Shown one piece after another: positions 21,787 to 33,466 of a DNA stretch of 64,000 bases. The DNA lies in assembly GCF_003991155.1 (NCBI RefSeq), contig NZ_CP031293.1; one strand, written 5' to 3'. The translations under genes and the position numbers were made by a program. Position 1 is the first letter of the stretch; every line of letters starts with the position of its first letter. This stretch comes from Escherichia coli (GTDB lineage Bacteria; Pseudomonadota; Gammaproteobacteria; Enterobacterales; Enterobacteriaceae). The notes beneath the pieces are model-generated. The model was not told the origin of the DNA. It was given only the letters and a program-made list of their open reading frames with translations, and searched no databases.

Positions 21787-24700
21787 TTAGTCATTTTTCT
21801 GACAGAAAACAGCAATCTCCTGGTCCAGCTCTGCAATGTGTTCTTTTACAGAGTTCAGCAACTGAAGAATTTCAGGCTTACTGTCATCTGAAACAGGTGT
21901 TATTTCTAACTGATGGCTAATATTAATCAACTTTTGCAAATTCAGGATGTTAGCCGCACCGTGGATGCGATGAATACACTGATAGAAAGTTCTGTTATCG
22001 CCAGCTTCTAGTGCATGAAACGCAGCGGGTAGATCTTTATGCGTTTCATGCTGGAAAGTCATGAGAATCTCCTGCATCAGTTGTAGATCGTTCGCCGTAT
22101 TATTTTTCAGGGCCTCGATATCAAGGTGGCGATACTGAGGTGCAATATGCGCAACCTGGTGTAACTGACTTAAATGTGTTTTCAGTACATCCAGAGTCAA
22201 CGGTTTGAACAAACATAAGTTCATGCCGCAATTTAACCCTTTTTCACGTTCGTTAGCCTGTGCGTTGGCTGTAAGCCCCCAGATGGGTAAGGAAGAATTT
22301 TGCTCACGGAGTTTGCGAGTCAACTCAAAACCATCCATATTCGGCATATTTACGTCAGTAATAAGCAGATCATAATGTTGCATACTGATTTTGTGTAGCG
22401 CTTGCACACCATCAGTGGCTTCATCAACATCATATCCTAATAGATTTAGCTGGCGTTTGAGTAATAGCCTGTTGGTCGGATGATCATCCGCGATTAATAT
22501 GCTCAACTTTTCAGGTAATGTGATAGGTTGTTCTGCTTTTGTCTCTATAGCCGCCACTTGTTGGGTAATTTCTACCGGGATTGTGATCGTAAATATCGTT
22601 CCTATGCCTGGATGACTTTCTAATGACAAATCGCCCTGCATGTTTTTTATTAATTCTTTGCAGATCATTAAGCCTAAACCAGAACCTGTTTGCTGACGAC
22701 CTGCACTTGTTTGGCTATAGCGTTTAAACAGTTGTTGTTGTTCTTCCTGCGATAATCCACTTCCAGAATCCATAATCGTCATTTTGATAACAGCGTGGTT
22801 GTCATCAATGTGACCCAGGGAGGTCGTAATTTTTACTGCTCCCTCGGTAGTAAATTTGAGAGCATTACTCAGTAAATTAGATAAGACCTGCTTAAACGCC
22901 TGAGGGTCGATCTTAACCAGGTAGCGTTCAGGAAACGTACTGCTGCAACTTAATGCGATGGATTTGCTTGCAGCAATCGCACCGAAAGAGTGACAAGTGT
23001 TCTGGACTAAAGTAGGGATATCGACCCATTGTGGTTGAAGTTGATAGTTACCCGACTCAATTTTGTCGACATCAAGGATTTCACCAATTAAGCCGAGGAG
23101 TGATTGTCCGGTGGCGTAGGCAAGTGAAATCGCCTCCACCCGTTGCTCCTTGCTAAGACCAGAACCCGACAGAAGTTCCAGGAAGCCCATAATGGAGCTT
23201 ATTGGTGTTCTTATTTCGTGACTCATTGTTGCCAGAAACTGACTTTTTGCGACAGTTGCATTGATCGCTTTATTTCTCTCTACTTCGAGTGCATGAATTA
23301 AATCACGCGTCTCGGTAATATCTTGCCAACCACAAATATAAACAGCATGTTCGCTTGCTGGCAGATTGCATAATGTATGCCAGTGATTAATGCATCTTTT
23401 CTCGATGCCATTATCAATTTCAAATACCTGTGTGTATATTGTTCGATTTTCTTTCGTTTCTGCTGTGACTTCATGCGCATTAGAAAAAACATCTTTAAAG
23501 GGTGAGTCACTGTTTTCTAATGGTAACATTGCATTTTTGTAGTAATCCGCAGTGAAATAATGTTCAAAAGCACTATTATGACTAATGACATTACCTTGCC
23601 AGTTTACAACATAAGTTGGATTCGGTAAGGAATCCGAGAGTGCTTTTCGGAATGATATTTGGTTTTCTAAATCACCCTGAATGACTTTACGACGACGAAC
23701 TGAGCGTAACAGGTAGAATCCCCATAAAAGGCTACTGCCAACTAATAAAACGGATAATGTCGTGACAATATAAAATTGCTCGCTATAGAGGTCCCATGTG
23801 TCAATGGTCACATTGGGCATTTTAATCCATTTTTCCGTCAGGCGCAGAACTTCGCTTGGGGGAATTGCATTCAGTGCTTTATTAATAATATCCTTAAGTT
23901 CCGGTTCTCCGCGAGGAAAAGCGAACGAAAGTGATGCATTCTGAACGCCGGGAATAAGAAAATGATAAAGTTCATTAGGATAGTAATGGTCGATCATGTA
24001 ACGCGAATTTAACTGTGTCGCGACCAGAGCATCAAGTTCACCTTCCTTGACCTTGTGAAATGCAGCGCTGGCGTTATCGACTTTTATCCACTCTACCTCC
24101 GGATACATCTCTTTTAATTGCGAATGAAGCTCATAATAATATGGAATGGCAACTTTCATTCCTTTTTTTAATGTTTGTTCACTGTCAGGCGCTTTTTGCA
24201 TGACAAAAACGTAAGGCGTTGTTATGAAGGCTTCAGCAAATGAAACATTATTTTCTCGATCTTCACTATAAATAGCGGCGGGCAATATATCCCATCCACC
24301 GGGGTTAAGCTGTGTCCCAGCATGAATATTGTGTGAAACGGTGATCGGAGAAAAATTTAAACCTGTTTGCAAGGTAATAATATTAAGAATATCACCCATC
24401 ACGCCCCGAACTGAGCCAGTTTCATCTGTCATAGAATAGGGTGGCGAGTAAGGATTTTCCAGCACCTTTAAATCGGGATGCTGCTTAATCCACTGTTTTT
24501 CATGTTCAGTGAGTTCTAATGGTTTGTTCAGAAAGGCCAGGTTTCCTGTATCAAGCCAATTTTGTGATACTTCATAGCGAACTTCATTTGTTAAAGCATC
24601 AACAAATCGATTGAGTACTTCATTAAGAACGATTGAATCTTTTCTGGTTAATAAAAAGTTATATTGACGCGGTGAGTTATAATACTTCACTACATTTAAG

Positions 24701-25380
24701 GAGTGAGTAAAATAACGGGAAATCATACTGCTGGTAATGATGTTACTACCAATAAAGTAATCATTCTGTCCGGCTGAGACGGATGCTAATGCCTGATATA
24801 AATTTGTAAAAGAGATAATTGTTGCTTTTGGAAATGATTGATGAATTACCTCGTCTGGGGGATAATTTGCTACTCGAGCAATATTTACTGGTTTTGATGA
24901 GGTAAGCGGTCGCATTGAATCGTGAAGGGTAGTGACCAACGCAGGAAAGGTAATTATCAGAGGATTAGTTGCAGCAATGTCATCATTAAGAGGCGGCGAA
25001 GCAACTAAATGTGATAACACTATATCAACTTCACCGTCTTCCAGCGCGTCCATTGCTTTTTGATGATCTGCGTATTCCCGGAGTGTTAATTTGATATTTA
25101 ACGCTCTTTTTAAAAGATTTAAATAATCAGCATTAATACCACGAATCCGTTGCTGCGAATCGGTATGCAACAACGTAGCTGTTTGGGACTTGTGTACTGC
25201 AATCACAAGATTTTTTTTGCTCGCGAGCCAACGTAATTCCTTGTTGCTCAGACGTAGTGGATCAAGTGTGACACGGTTGTTACTACTGATGCCACGATAT
25301 TCGATGTAATCTCCGTCTGCGAAACTTATGGTCGACCAAAGACCACAACAGAGAAGAAAAATATAGGGTAAAAACTTCAT
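21787..25380 (-). CDS. evgS: hybrid sensor histidine kinase
   Basis: 1197 aa; periplasmic binding-protein-like domains, HisKA/HATPase, receiver and Hpt domains. Confidence 0.95.
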   Translation of the reverse strand: MKFLPYIFLLCCGLWSTISFADGDYIEYRGISSNNRVTLDPLRLSNKELRWLASKKNLVIAVHKSQTATLLHTDSQQRIRGINADYLNLLKRALNIKLTLREYADHQKAMDALEDGEVDIVLSHLVASPPLNDDIAATNPLIITFPALVTTLHDSMRPLTSSKPVNIARVANYPPDEVIHQSFPKATIISFTNLYQALASVSAGQNDYFIGSNIITSSMISRYFTHSLNVVKYYNSPRQYNFLLTRKDSIVLNEVLNRFVDALTNEVRYEVSQNWLDTGNLAFLNKPLELTEHEKQWIKQHPDLKVLENPYSPPYSMTDETGSVRGVMGDILNIITLQTGLNFSPITVSHNIHAGTQLNPGGWDILPAAIYSEDRENNVSFAEAFITTPYVFVMQKAPDSEQTLKKGMKVAIPYYYELHSQLKEMYPEVEWIKVDNASAAFHKVKEGELDALVATQLNSRYMIDHYYPNELYHFLIPGVQNASLSFAFPRGEPELKDIINKALNAIPPSEVLRLTEKWIKMPNVTIDTWDLYSEQFYIVTTLSVLLVGSSLLWGFYLLRSVRRRKVIQGDLENQISFRKALSDSLPNPTYVVNWQGNVISHNSAFEHYFTADYYKNAMLPLENSDSPFKDVFSNAHEVTAETKENRTIYTQVFEIDNGIEKRCINHWHTLCNLPASEHAVYICGWQDITETRDLIHALEVERNKAINATVAKSQFLATMSHEIRTPISSIMGFLELLSGSGLSKEQRVEAISLAYATGQSLLGLIGEILDVDKIESGNYQLQPQWVDIPTLVQNTCHSFGAIAASKSIALSCSSTFPERYLVKIDPQAFKQVLSNLLSNALKFTTEGAVKITTSLGHIDDNHAVIKMTIMDSGSGLSQEEQQQLFKRYSQTSAGRQQTGSGLGLMICKELIKNMQGDLSLESHPGIGTIFTITIPVEITQQVAAIETKAEQPITLPEKLSILIADDHPTNRLLLKRQLNLLGYDVDEATDGVQALHKISMQHYDLLITDVNMPNMDGFELTRKLREQNSSLPIWGLTANAQANEREKGLNCGMNLCLFKPLTLDVLKTHLSQLHQVAHIAPQYRHLDIEALKNNTANDLQLMQEILMTFQHETHKDLPAAFHALEAGDNRTFYQCIHRIHGAANILNLQKLINISHQLEITPVSDDSKPEILQLLNSVKEHIAELDQEIAVFCQKND

Positions 25381-25384
25381 GTGG

Positions 25385-25999
25385 TTAGCCGATTTTGTTA
25401 CGTTGTGCGAATGTGTAAAGATCCATCAGTGATTTGCATTCTAATTTTTCCATCAAGCGACTTTTATACGTGCTGACAGTTTTGTTGCTGATGAACATTT
25501 TTTCAGCAATGTCATTATTATCCTTGCCATCAAGAATATACCGCATGACACTAATTTCTTGTTTCGATAAGGAGTCGAGTTTTTGCTGGTCGGACGTTAA
25601 ACTTCCAACAAACCGGTTGAGAGAGAAGGGGAAATAGCAGTAGCCATTTTTTGCAGCTTCAATAGCCGCAATGATATTGTTCATGCCTTCTTTTTTACTC
25701 ACGAAACCATTAGCGCCAGCATCAGCACAATGTTTCCCGTAAAAATGGTCATTTTTAGCGGAGACGATAATAATAATTCCGCTATATTGACGCTTCCTCA
25801 GCGTTTCTAACACCTGGATACCGTTAACTCCGGGGATATCGACATCAATGATGACGATATCAGGCTTAAGTGTTTCCACCCGCTGAACGGCGCTTCCGCC
25901 TTCAGTCAACTCTGCTAAGATTTCAATATCGTTTTTGATCAATAAATTACGAATTGCTGCGATAGCAAGAGGATGGTCATCAATAATTATTGCGTTCAT
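25385..25999 (-). CDS. evgA: response regulator (NarL/FixJ family)
   Basis: 204 aa; receiver domain plus LuxR-type HTH; immediately upstream of evgS. Confidence 0.95.
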   Translation of the reverse strand: MNAIIIDDHPLAIAAIRNLLIKNDIEILAELTEGGSAVQRVETLKPDIVIIDVDIPGVNGIQVLETLRKRQYSGIIIIVSAKNDHFYGKHCADAGANGFVSKKEGMNNIIAAIEAAKNGYCYFPFSLNRFVGSLTSDQQKLDSLSKQEISVMRYILDGKDNNDIAEKMFISNKTVSTYKSRLMEKLECKSLMDLYTFAQRNKIG

Positions 26000-26223
26000 A
26001 GATTATTCCCTTTGCAATGAAGCATTTCCCTTCTCCCTGTAGTAATACAGACATAAGGCATCATCTCATTTTCTCAATAAAAATAAGAAAATTTGAGCTT
26101 CCTTTAAGATAATTCGACAAGTATACCATATAAATAGTCGGCATAAATAAAATGTCAACAATAAAATCAGGGATGATACCGATGATTTATAGTTTCACAT
26201 TAGCACTATAAGTCTTCTCACTA

Positions 26224-26241
26224 ATCCTACAGGCGTAAGAA
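26224..26241. promoter_or_regulatory. EvgA-box-like palindrome in the evgA-emrK divergent promoter region
   Basis: ATCCTACAGGCGTAAGAA about 175 bp upstream of emrK. Confidence 0.5.
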
Positions 26242-26414
26242 TTGTATTGCAAAAGCTACGGTTTAGTCCTCTGTTGTTTCTTTTGCACCTCATTTAAATT
26301 AGGCCTCCAACGTTCCTGGGATAATGTGCAACACATGCACTGTGTTTGATATGAAGAATGAATACTCTTTTCATTCAATTCATAAATTTCATCTATGCGA
26401 AATGAGAGATAATA

Positions 26415-27578
26415 GTGGAACAGATTAATTCAAATAAAAAACATTCTGACAGAAGAAAATATTTTGCTTTGTTAGCGGTGGTTTTATTTATTGCGTTTTC
26501 AGGTGCCTATGCCTATTGGTCAATGGAATTAGAAGACATGATTAGTACAGATGACGCCTATGTCACGGGGAATGCAGATCCAATTTCTGCACAAGTTTCA
26601 GGCAGCGTCACTGTCGTTAATCATAAAGATACGAACTACGTTCGACAGGGTGACATTTTAGTCTCACTGGATAAGACTGATGCCACTATCGCACTCAATA
26701 AAGCTAAAAATAATCTGGCCAATATTGTTCGGCAAACGAATAAACTGTACTTACAGGATAAACAATACAGTGCCGAAGTCGCTTCAGCACGTATTCAGTA
26801 TCAACAATCTTTAGAAGATTATAACCGTCGTGTACCTTTGGCGAAGCAGGGGGTTATTTCAAAAGAAACGCTGGAGCATACCAAAGATACGTTAATAAGT
26901 AGCAAAGCGGCATTGAATGCCGCTATCCAGGCTTATAAAGCGAATAAAGCTTTGGTAATGAACACACCATTAAACCGTCAGCCACAAGTCGTTGAAGCGG
27001 CGGATGCAACCAAAGAAGCCTGGTTAGCGCTTAAACGTACGGATATTAAGAGTCCTGTTACCGGCTATATTGCCCAGAGAAGCGTTCAGGTCGGCGAAAC
27101 AGTGAGCCCCGGACAATCGTTAATGGCTGTCGTACCGGCACATCAAATGTGGGTTAATGCCAACTTTAAAGAAACACAACTCACGGATGTACGGATTGGT
27201 CAACCGGTCAATATTATCAGCGATCTTTATGGTGAAAATGTTGTGTTTCATGGTCGGGTGACAGGGATCAATATGGGAACCGGCAATGCGTTCTCCTTAT
27301 TACCTGCACAAAATGCGACAGGGAACTGGATCAAAATCGTTCAGCGTGTCCCGGTTGAAGTTTCTCTTGATCCAAAAGAACTCATGGAACATCCCTTGCG
27401 CATTGGTTTATCGATGACTGCAACTATTGATACCAGGAACGAAGACATTGCCGAGATGCCCGATCTGGCTTCAACCGTGACGTCCATGCCTGCTTATACC
27501 AGTAAGGCTTTAGTTATCGATACCAGTCCGATAGAAAAAGAAATTAGCAACATTATTTCGCATAATGGACAACTTTAA
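26415..27578 (+). CDS. emrK: multidrug efflux membrane fusion protein
   Basis: 387 aa; EmrA-like HlyD-family periplasmic adaptor. Confidence 0.9.
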   Translation: MEQINSNKKHSDRRKYFALLAVVLFIAFSGAYAYWSMELEDMISTDDAYVTGNADPISAQVSGSVTVVNHKDTNYVRQGDILVSLDKTDATIALNKAKNNLANIVRQTNKLYLQDKQYSAEVASARIQYQQSLEDYNRRVPLAKQGVISKETLEHTKDTLISSKAALNAAIQAYKANKALVMNTPLNRQPQVVEAADATKEAWLALKRTDIKSPVTGYIAQRSVQVGETVSPGQSLMAVVPAHQMWVNANFKETQLTDVRIGQPVNIISDLYGENVVFHGRVTGINMGTGNAFSLLPAQNATGNWIKIVQRVPVEVSLDPKELMEHPLRIGLSMTATIDTRNEDIAEMPDLASTVTSMPAYTSKALVIDTSPIEKEISNIISHNGQL

Positions 27579-29116
27579 TGGCAATCACTAAATCAACTCC
27601 GGCACCATTAACCGGTGGGACGTTATGGTGCGTCACTATTGCATTGTCATTAGCGACGTTTATGCAAATGTTGGATTCCACTATTTCTAACGTCGCAATA
27701 CCGACAATATCTGGCTTTCTGGGAGCATCAACAGACGAAGGCACCTGGGTTATCACTTCGTTTGGCGTAGCAAATGCCATTGCGATCCCTGTTACCGGCA
27801 GGCTGGCACAAAGAATAGGCGAATTAAGGTTATTTTTACTTTCAGTCACTTTTTTTTCGCTGTCTTCCTTAATGTGTAGTTTATCGACCAATCTTGATGT
27901 GCTGATATTTTTTAGAGTCGTTCAGGGATTAATGGCGGGGCCGTTAATTCCACTGTCACAGAGTTTATTATTAAGGAATTATCCACCAGAAAAAAGAACA
28001 TTTGCTCTGGCATTATGGTCTATGACCGTGATTATCGCGCCGATATGTGGGCCGATATTGGGCGGTTATATTTGTGATAACTTTAGCTGGGGTTGGATAT
28101 TTTTAATCAATGTCCCTATGGGGATTATCGTCCTGACATTATGCTTAACCTTACTTAAAGGAAGAGAAACCGAGACTTCACCGGTCAAAATGAATCTACC
28201 AGGACTGACCCTGTTAGTGCTCGGTGTTGGTGGCTTGCAAATTATGCTTGATAAAGGGCGCGATCTGGATTGGTTCAACTCGAGTACAATAATAATACTA
28301 ACAGTAGTATCAGTTATTTCTCTGATCTCTTTAGTCATTTGGGAGTCGACCTCAGAGAACCCGATTCTTGATCTCAGTTTGTTTAAGTCCCGTAATTTCA
28401 CCATTGGTATTGTGAGTATCACATGCGCGTATTTATTTTACTCTGGAGCGATCGTCCTTATGCCGCAGTTAATCCAGGAAACGATGGGGTATAATGCGAT
28501 ATGGGCCGGGCTTGCTTATGCGCCCATCGGTATCATGCCGCTATTAATATCACCTTTGATAGGACGTTATGGCAACAAAATAGATATGCGGTTGTTGGTG
28601 ACATTTAGTTTTTTGATGTATGCGGTTTGCTATTACTGGCGTTCTGTGACATTTATGCCAACGATTGATTTTACAGGCATCATTTTGCCACAGTTTTTTC
28701 AGGGATTCGCCGTTGCCTGTTTCTTTTTACCCTTAACAACGATTTCGTTTTCAGGCTTGCCAGATAATAAATTTGCCAATGCCTCGAGTATGAGTAATTT
28801 TTTTCGCACCTTGTCAGGATCAGTTGGTACGTCGTTGACAATGACGCTGTGGGGACGCCGAGAATCATTACACCATAGTCAGTTGACAGCAACCATCGAT
28901 CAATTTAACCCCGTGTTTAATTCATCGTCACAAATTATGGATAAATACTATGGTTCGCTTTCAGGAGTTCTTAATGAAATTAATAATGAAATAACCCAGC
29001 AGTCACTTTCTATTTCTGCAAATGAGATTTTCCGTATGGCGGCTATTGCTTTTATCTTACTTACGGTTTTGGTTTGGTTTGCGAAACCGCCGTTTACAGC
29101 GAAAGGCGTTGGGTGA
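27578..29116 (+). CDS. emrY: MFS multidrug efflux transporter
   Basis: 512 aa, 14-TM MFS (EmrB-like); start overlaps emrK stop. Confidence 0.9.
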   Translation: MAITKSTPAPLTGGTLWCVTIALSLATFMQMLDSTISNVAIPTISGFLGASTDEGTWVITSFGVANAIAIPVTGRLAQRIGELRLFLLSVTFFSLSSLMCSLSTNLDVLIFFRVVQGLMAGPLIPLSQSLLLRNYPPEKRTFALALWSMTVIIAPICGPILGGYICDNFSWGWIFLINVPMGIIVLTLCLTLLKGRETETSPVKMNLPGLTLLVLGVGGLQIMLDKGRDLDWFNSSTIIILTVVSVISLISLVIWESTSENPILDLSLFKSRNFTIGIVSITCAYLFYSGAIVLMPQLIQETMGYNAIWAGLAYAPIGIMPLLISPLIGRYGNKIDMRLLVTFSFLMYAVCYYWRSVTFMPTIDFTGIILPQFFQGFAVACFFLPLTTISFSGLPDNKFANASSMSNFFRTLSGSVGTSLTMTLWGRRESLHHSQLTATIDQFNPVFNSSSQIMDKYYGSLSGVLNEINNEITQQSLSISANEIFRMAAIAFILLTVLVWFAKPPFTAKGVG

Positions 29117-29220
29117 TGGTAAAAGCAAGGGGTTATAGCGGGTAAGACCGGGGATCTTAAGTCTGCGCCATCGGCAGCATCGCTCACCCAGGGAAAGGAT
29201 GGCGATGCTGCGTTGAAACG

Positions 29221-30552
29221 TTATGAACGGCCTTTTGCCAGATATTGCTCCATCTCTTCTTCCGGCACCATTCCACCTCCCGTCGCCCACACCAGATGAG
29301 TGGCATTATGCAGTTGTTCTGCGCTGAAACCGTGCATCTGTTGGTAACTTACTGATGCGCACACGCGCTGAGGCCCGGCCATACCCGCCAGTGCCGAAGG
29401 TTCAAGACGAATACCTTCTTCCTGCGCCAGCCAGCCAAGCATGTCATACATGGTTTGATCGCTAAGGGTATAGAAGCCATCCAGCAGACGCTCCATCGCC
29501 CGCCCGACAAAGCCTGATGCGCGACCAACGGCAAGGCCATCCGCTGCGGTAAGGTTGTCGATACCAATATCCTGAACAGAAATCTGATCGTGTAATCCTG
29601 TATGGACGCCTAACAACATACAAGGGGAGTGCGTTGGTTCGGCAAAAAAGCAGTGAACATGATCGCCAAACGCCAGTTTAAGTCCGAATGCGACGCCACC
29701 AGGACCACCGCCAACACCACACGGCAGATAGACAAACAGAGGGTTATCAGCATCGACAATACGACCTTGCTCGGCAAATTGCGCTTTAAGACGCTGGCCA
29801 GCGACGGAATACCCAAGGAACAACGTGCGGGAATTCTCGTCATCAATAAAGAAACAGTTCGGGTCAGACTGCGCTGCTTTACGTCCTTCCTCGACGGCAA
29901 CACCATAATCTTGCTCATATTCCACGACCGTAACGCCATGGCTGCGCAGTTTCGCTTTTTTCCATGCCCGGGCATCAGCAGACATATGCACTGTCACCTT
30001 AAAGCCAATGCGGGCGCTCATTATGCCGATTGATAACCCCAGATTTCCGGTTGAGCCCACAGCAATGCTGTATTGACTAAAGAACTGTTTAAACTCCGGG
30101 GAAAGCAGTTTGCTGTAGTCATCTTCAAGCGTCAGCAACCCCGCTTCCAGAGCCAGTTTTTCTGCATGTGCCAGGACTTCATAAATCCCGCCGCGTGCTT
30201 TTATGGAGCCGGAAATGGGCAAATGGCTATCTTTTTTCAGTAGCAGTTGCCCGCTGAACGGTTGTTGATATTCCTTTTCCAGCCGTTTTTGCATAGCCGG
30301 AATGGCAACCAGTTCTGATTCAATAATCCCCCCAGTAGCAGCAGTTTCAGGAAATGCTTTTGCCAGATAGGGTGCAAAACGGGATAAGCGCGCATGGGCG
30401 TCCTGAACATCCTGTTCGGTCAGGCCAACATAAGGTAAACCTTCAGCCAATGAGGTCGTGCCAGGATTAAACCAGGTGGTTTCTTGAAGAGCAACCAGAT
30501 CCTCTACCAACGGATACTGGGCGATGAGCGAATTCATTTTAGCGTTTTCCAT
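29221..30552 (-). CDS. dsdA: D-serine ammonia-lyase (dehydratase)
   Basis: 443 aa; PLP-lysine motif SGSIKARGG. Confidence 0.9.
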   Translation of the reverse strand: MENAKMNSLIAQYPLVEDLVALQETTWFNPGTTSLAEGLPYVGLTEQDVQDAHARLSRFAPYLAKAFPETAATGGIIESELVAIPAMQKRLEKEYQQPFSGQLLLKKDSHLPISGSIKARGGIYEVLAHAEKLALEAGLLTLEDDYSKLLSPEFKQFFSQYSIAVGSTGNLGLSIGIMSARIGFKVTVHMSADARAWKKAKLRSHGVTVVEYEQDYGVAVEEGRKAAQSDPNCFFIDDENSRTLFLGYSVAGQRLKAQFAEQGRIVDADNPLFVYLPCGVGGGPGGVAFGLKLAFGDHVHCFFAEPTHSPCMLLGVHTGLHDQISVQDIGIDNLTAADGLAVGRASGFVGRAMERLLDGFYTLSDQTMYDMLGWLAQEEGIRLEPSALAGMAGPQRVCASVSYQQMHGFSAEQLHNATHLVWATGGGMVPEEEMEQYLAKGRS

Positions 30553-30569
30553 AGTACGTCTCTTTGCGC

Positions 30570-31907
30570 TTAGATGATAAATGACAGCAGGAATGTGCCC
30601 GCCAGAGCGACGACCGAAGCGATAAATGTCGCGGTCGTATAGTATTTAAATGTTTCATTGAGCGTAGCGCCGCAATATTGCTTCACCAGCCAGAAAAGCG
30701 AGTCCGTAACGATCGTGCAGCCAATCGCACCTGAACCGATAGCAATCGCAATAATTTCCGGGCTGATGTCGGGATACAGCGGCAGCATGGGTGCAACAAT
30801 TGCCGTTGCCCCCATCATTGCCACCGTAGCGGAGCCCACTGCAGCATGCAGAATAAGTGCCACCAACCAGGCCAGAAGAATCGGGTGCATATGCATATTG
30901 GAGAGAATAACTGCCAGCGTATCAGCGAGACTGCTGCTTTTTAAAATGGCGTTGAATGCGCCTCCGGCCCCGATAATCAGCAAAATATTAGCAATAGAAC
31001 CGAAGCCATTTTCCGTATGTGTGAGCATTGTCCCCATGCTCATATGCTGGCGTATACCCAACACATAATAGGCGACAAACACGGCGATAAACATGGCAGT
31101 AATAGGGTTGCCAATAAACTCAAGCAAGGTATACAAACCACTCTCACGCGCCATATTCAATTCGGCAATCGTTTTAACCAACATCAGCGCAATGGGTAGC
31201 AGTATGGTGAATAACGTTGCGCCTAATGACGGTAGTGTTTTTTCATCGCGAACTTTGAGATCGGCAAACTCTGTGGGTACAGGTTTAAAGGGCAGTCGTT
31301 GACCCAGAAATTTAAGGAAAAGTGGGCCACCGATCAGTGATGCCATCAGCCCAACCAGCAAACCGTAGACGATCACCGAACCGATATCTGCGCCCAGCTT
31401 ATTGGCAACATATAAAGCAGCCGGATGTGGGGGAACCACGCAATGCACTGCCATCAATGCGGTACACAGCGGAATGGCCAGCTTTAACAATGAGGTATTG
31501 GTTTTTTTGGCAATTGAAAAAGCCAGAGGAATCAATAGCACGACGCCCACTTCAACAAACAGCGTGATGCCGCAAATCAGGCCAACCAGCACCATAATGA
31601 CATCAGCTGAAAGCCAGCGACAGCGTTGAAGTGTCAGACCAATTCTTTCTGCGGCCCCGGATACTTCCATCATTTTTCCCAGTATCGTGCCCAGGCCGAT
31701 AACCGCAGCAAGGAACCCCAGCGTTCCGCCAATTCCACTTTCAATAGCATTTACCATATCCAGTGGTCCCATACCCATCATCGTTCCCACGAAGAAGCTG
31801 GCCAGCAACAGCGCCAGAAACGGGTGGAATTTGAACTTCACGATGGTCAGTACAATTAACACGATGCTGATAAGCAGCGTGCTCACAACCCAGATTTGAG
31901 AGTGCAT
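30570..31907 (-). CDS. dsdX: D-serine transporter (GntP family)
   Basis: 445-aa polytopic membrane ORF upstream of dsdA. Confidence 0.9.
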   Translation of the reverse strand: MHSQIWVVSTLLISIVLIVLTIVKFKFHPFLALLLASFFVGTMMGMGPLDMVNAIESGIGGTLGFLAAVIGLGTILGKMMEVSGAAERIGLTLQRCRWLSADVIMVLVGLICGITLFVEVGVVLLIPLAFSIAKKTNTSLLKLAIPLCTALMAVHCVVPPHPAALYVANKLGADIGSVIVYGLLVGLMASLIGGPLFLKFLGQRLPFKPVPTEFADLKVRDEKTLPSLGATLFTILLPIALMLVKTIAELNMARESGLYTLLEFIGNPITAMFIAVFVAYYVLGIRQHMSMGTMLTHTENGFGSIANILLIIGAGGAFNAILKSSSLADTLAVILSNMHMHPILLAWLVALILHAAVGSATVAMMGATAIVAPMLPLYPDISPEIIAIAIGSGAIGCTIVTDSLFWLVKQYCGATLNETFKYYTTATFIASVVALAGTFLLSFII

Positions 31908-32124
31908 ATCTCACCTTCCCCTGTGATTAACCTGATGATATTGGACAAAAAAACAACGCAGGCTGACAAACGATAAAATTTGCCTTTCACATGAGCTAAA
32001 TTGCATCAAGGGAGTGATTTACATCTAAAAATGAAGGTGAATTGAGATATGGTTCACTTTAGCTCACCTTACAGCTGAAATTTTGCCGCTATTTTTTTAC
32101 ACTTAAGAGAAAAATGAGGTGATT

Positions 32125-33072
32125 ATGGAACCCCTTCGTGAAATAAGAAATCGACTGCTTAACGGCTGGCAACTATCAAAACTGCATACTTTTGAAGTGG
32201 CAGCCAGGCATCAGTCCTTCGCCCTTGCGGCAGAGGAATTGTCGCTGAGCCCCAGTGCGGTAAGTCACCGTATCAATCAGCTGGAAGAAGAATTAGGTAT
32301 TCAGTTGTTTGTTCGTTCCCATCGCAAAGTGGAATTAACGCACGAGGGGAAACGCGTTTATTGGGCGCTAAAATCGTCGCTGGATACCCTGAACCAGGAA
32401 ATTCTTGATATCAAAAATCAGGAATTATCGGGAACGTTAACGCTGTATTCCCGGCCCTCTATCGCCCAATGCTGGTTGGTGCCCGCATTAGGTGACTTTA
32501 CACGCCGATATCCGTCTATTTCGCTCACCGTGCTCACTGGTAATGACAATGTCAATTTGCAACGTGCCGGAATCGATTTGGCGATCTACTTTGATGATGC
32601 GCCGTCAGCGCAATTGGCTCATCACTTTCTGATGGATGAAGAAATCTTGCCTGTATGTAGCCCGGAATACGCTCAAAGACATGCTTTAACCAACCAGGTA
32701 ATTAACCTGCGCCACTGTACGTTGCTCCATGACAGACAGGCATGGAGCAACGACTCCGGTACGGATGAATGGCATAGTTGGGCGCAACATTATGCGGTTA
32801 ATTTGCCGACATCTTCTGGGATTGGCTTTGATCGTTCTGATTTAGCTGTTATCGCTGCGATGAATCATATTGGGGTAGCGATGGGAAGAAAACGCCTGGT
32901 ACAAAAAAGGCTTGCCAGTGGTGAGCTCGTCGCGCCGTTTGGCGATATGACGGTGAAATGCCATCAGCATTATTACATCACCACATTACCAGGCAGGCAG
33001 TGGCCAAAAATTGAGGCATTTATTACTTGGTTAAGAGAACAGGTAAGTCAATATGAATGTTATACCTTATAA
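32125..33072 (+). CDS. dsdC: LysR-family activator of dsdXA
   Basis: LysR-type HTH at N-terminus; divergent from dsdX; ATG at 32125 (MEPLREIRN), track ORF begins at GTG 32119. Confidence 0.9.
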   Translation: MEPLREIRNRLLNGWQLSKLHTFEVAARHQSFALAAEELSLSPSAVSHRINQLEEELGIQLFVRSHRKVELTHEGKRVYWALKSSLDTLNQEILDIKNQELSGTLTLYSRPSIAQCWLVPALGDFTRRYPSISLTVLTGNDNVNLQRAGIDLAIYFDDAPSAQLAHHFLMDEEILPVCSPEYAQRHALTNQVINLRHCTLLHDRQAWSNDSGTDEWHSWAQHYAVNLPTSSGIGFDRSDLAVIAAMNHIGVAMGRKRLVQKRLASGELVAPFGDMTVKCHQHYYITTLPGRQWPKIEAFITWLREQVSQYECYTL

Positions 33073-33420
33073 TACATTAAATCATCTGGTTCCTAAATAA
33101 CCTTATTATGCACTGTAAGTGTATGTTGGCTTTATAAATTGCAATTTTTATATGGGAATTGTTTTGTCAATAGTTACGAAAAGGATAAATAAAATAACCA
33201 CATCTTCTTGGCGTCGAATATTGGAGAGCGATAATTTATAGTAAACTAGATTACCAGAGAAAAGATAAGTGGCAATATATTTGCTGGTGGCATTTTTATT
33301 AAATATTATATGTGTTGGTTTGTGACTTTAAAAAAATTAATTTTTAATAAAAAGGTGATTTATTTCTCATTTTGATTAATATTGAGGATCCATTATGATT
33401 ATCAGTTGTATGTCATAAAA

Positions 33421-33452
33421 ATGAGGGGCTAAAAGCCTCAATGAATTGAGGC
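33421..33452 (-). terminator. rho-independent terminator of recombinase 1
   Basis: GCCTCAA-TTCA-TTGAGGC hairpin followed by UUUU on the minus strand, just downstream of the stop. Confidence 0.5.
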
Positions 33453-33466
33453 CTTTAGAACAGGGG

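Noticed and set aside
29172..29213. 10-bp inverted repeat GCAGCATCGC...GCGATGCTGC between convergent emrY and dsdA
   Set aside because: Loop of about 20 nt and no adjacent U-tract; not convincing as an intrinsic terminator and not clearly a REP element.
33073..33466. Search for an attachment-site direct repeat of the argW 3' end at the dsdC-side island boundary
   Set aside because: No copy of the tRNA 3' end (for example GAATCGAACC) was visible by eye; a computational alignment is needed before any boundary repeat can be claimed.
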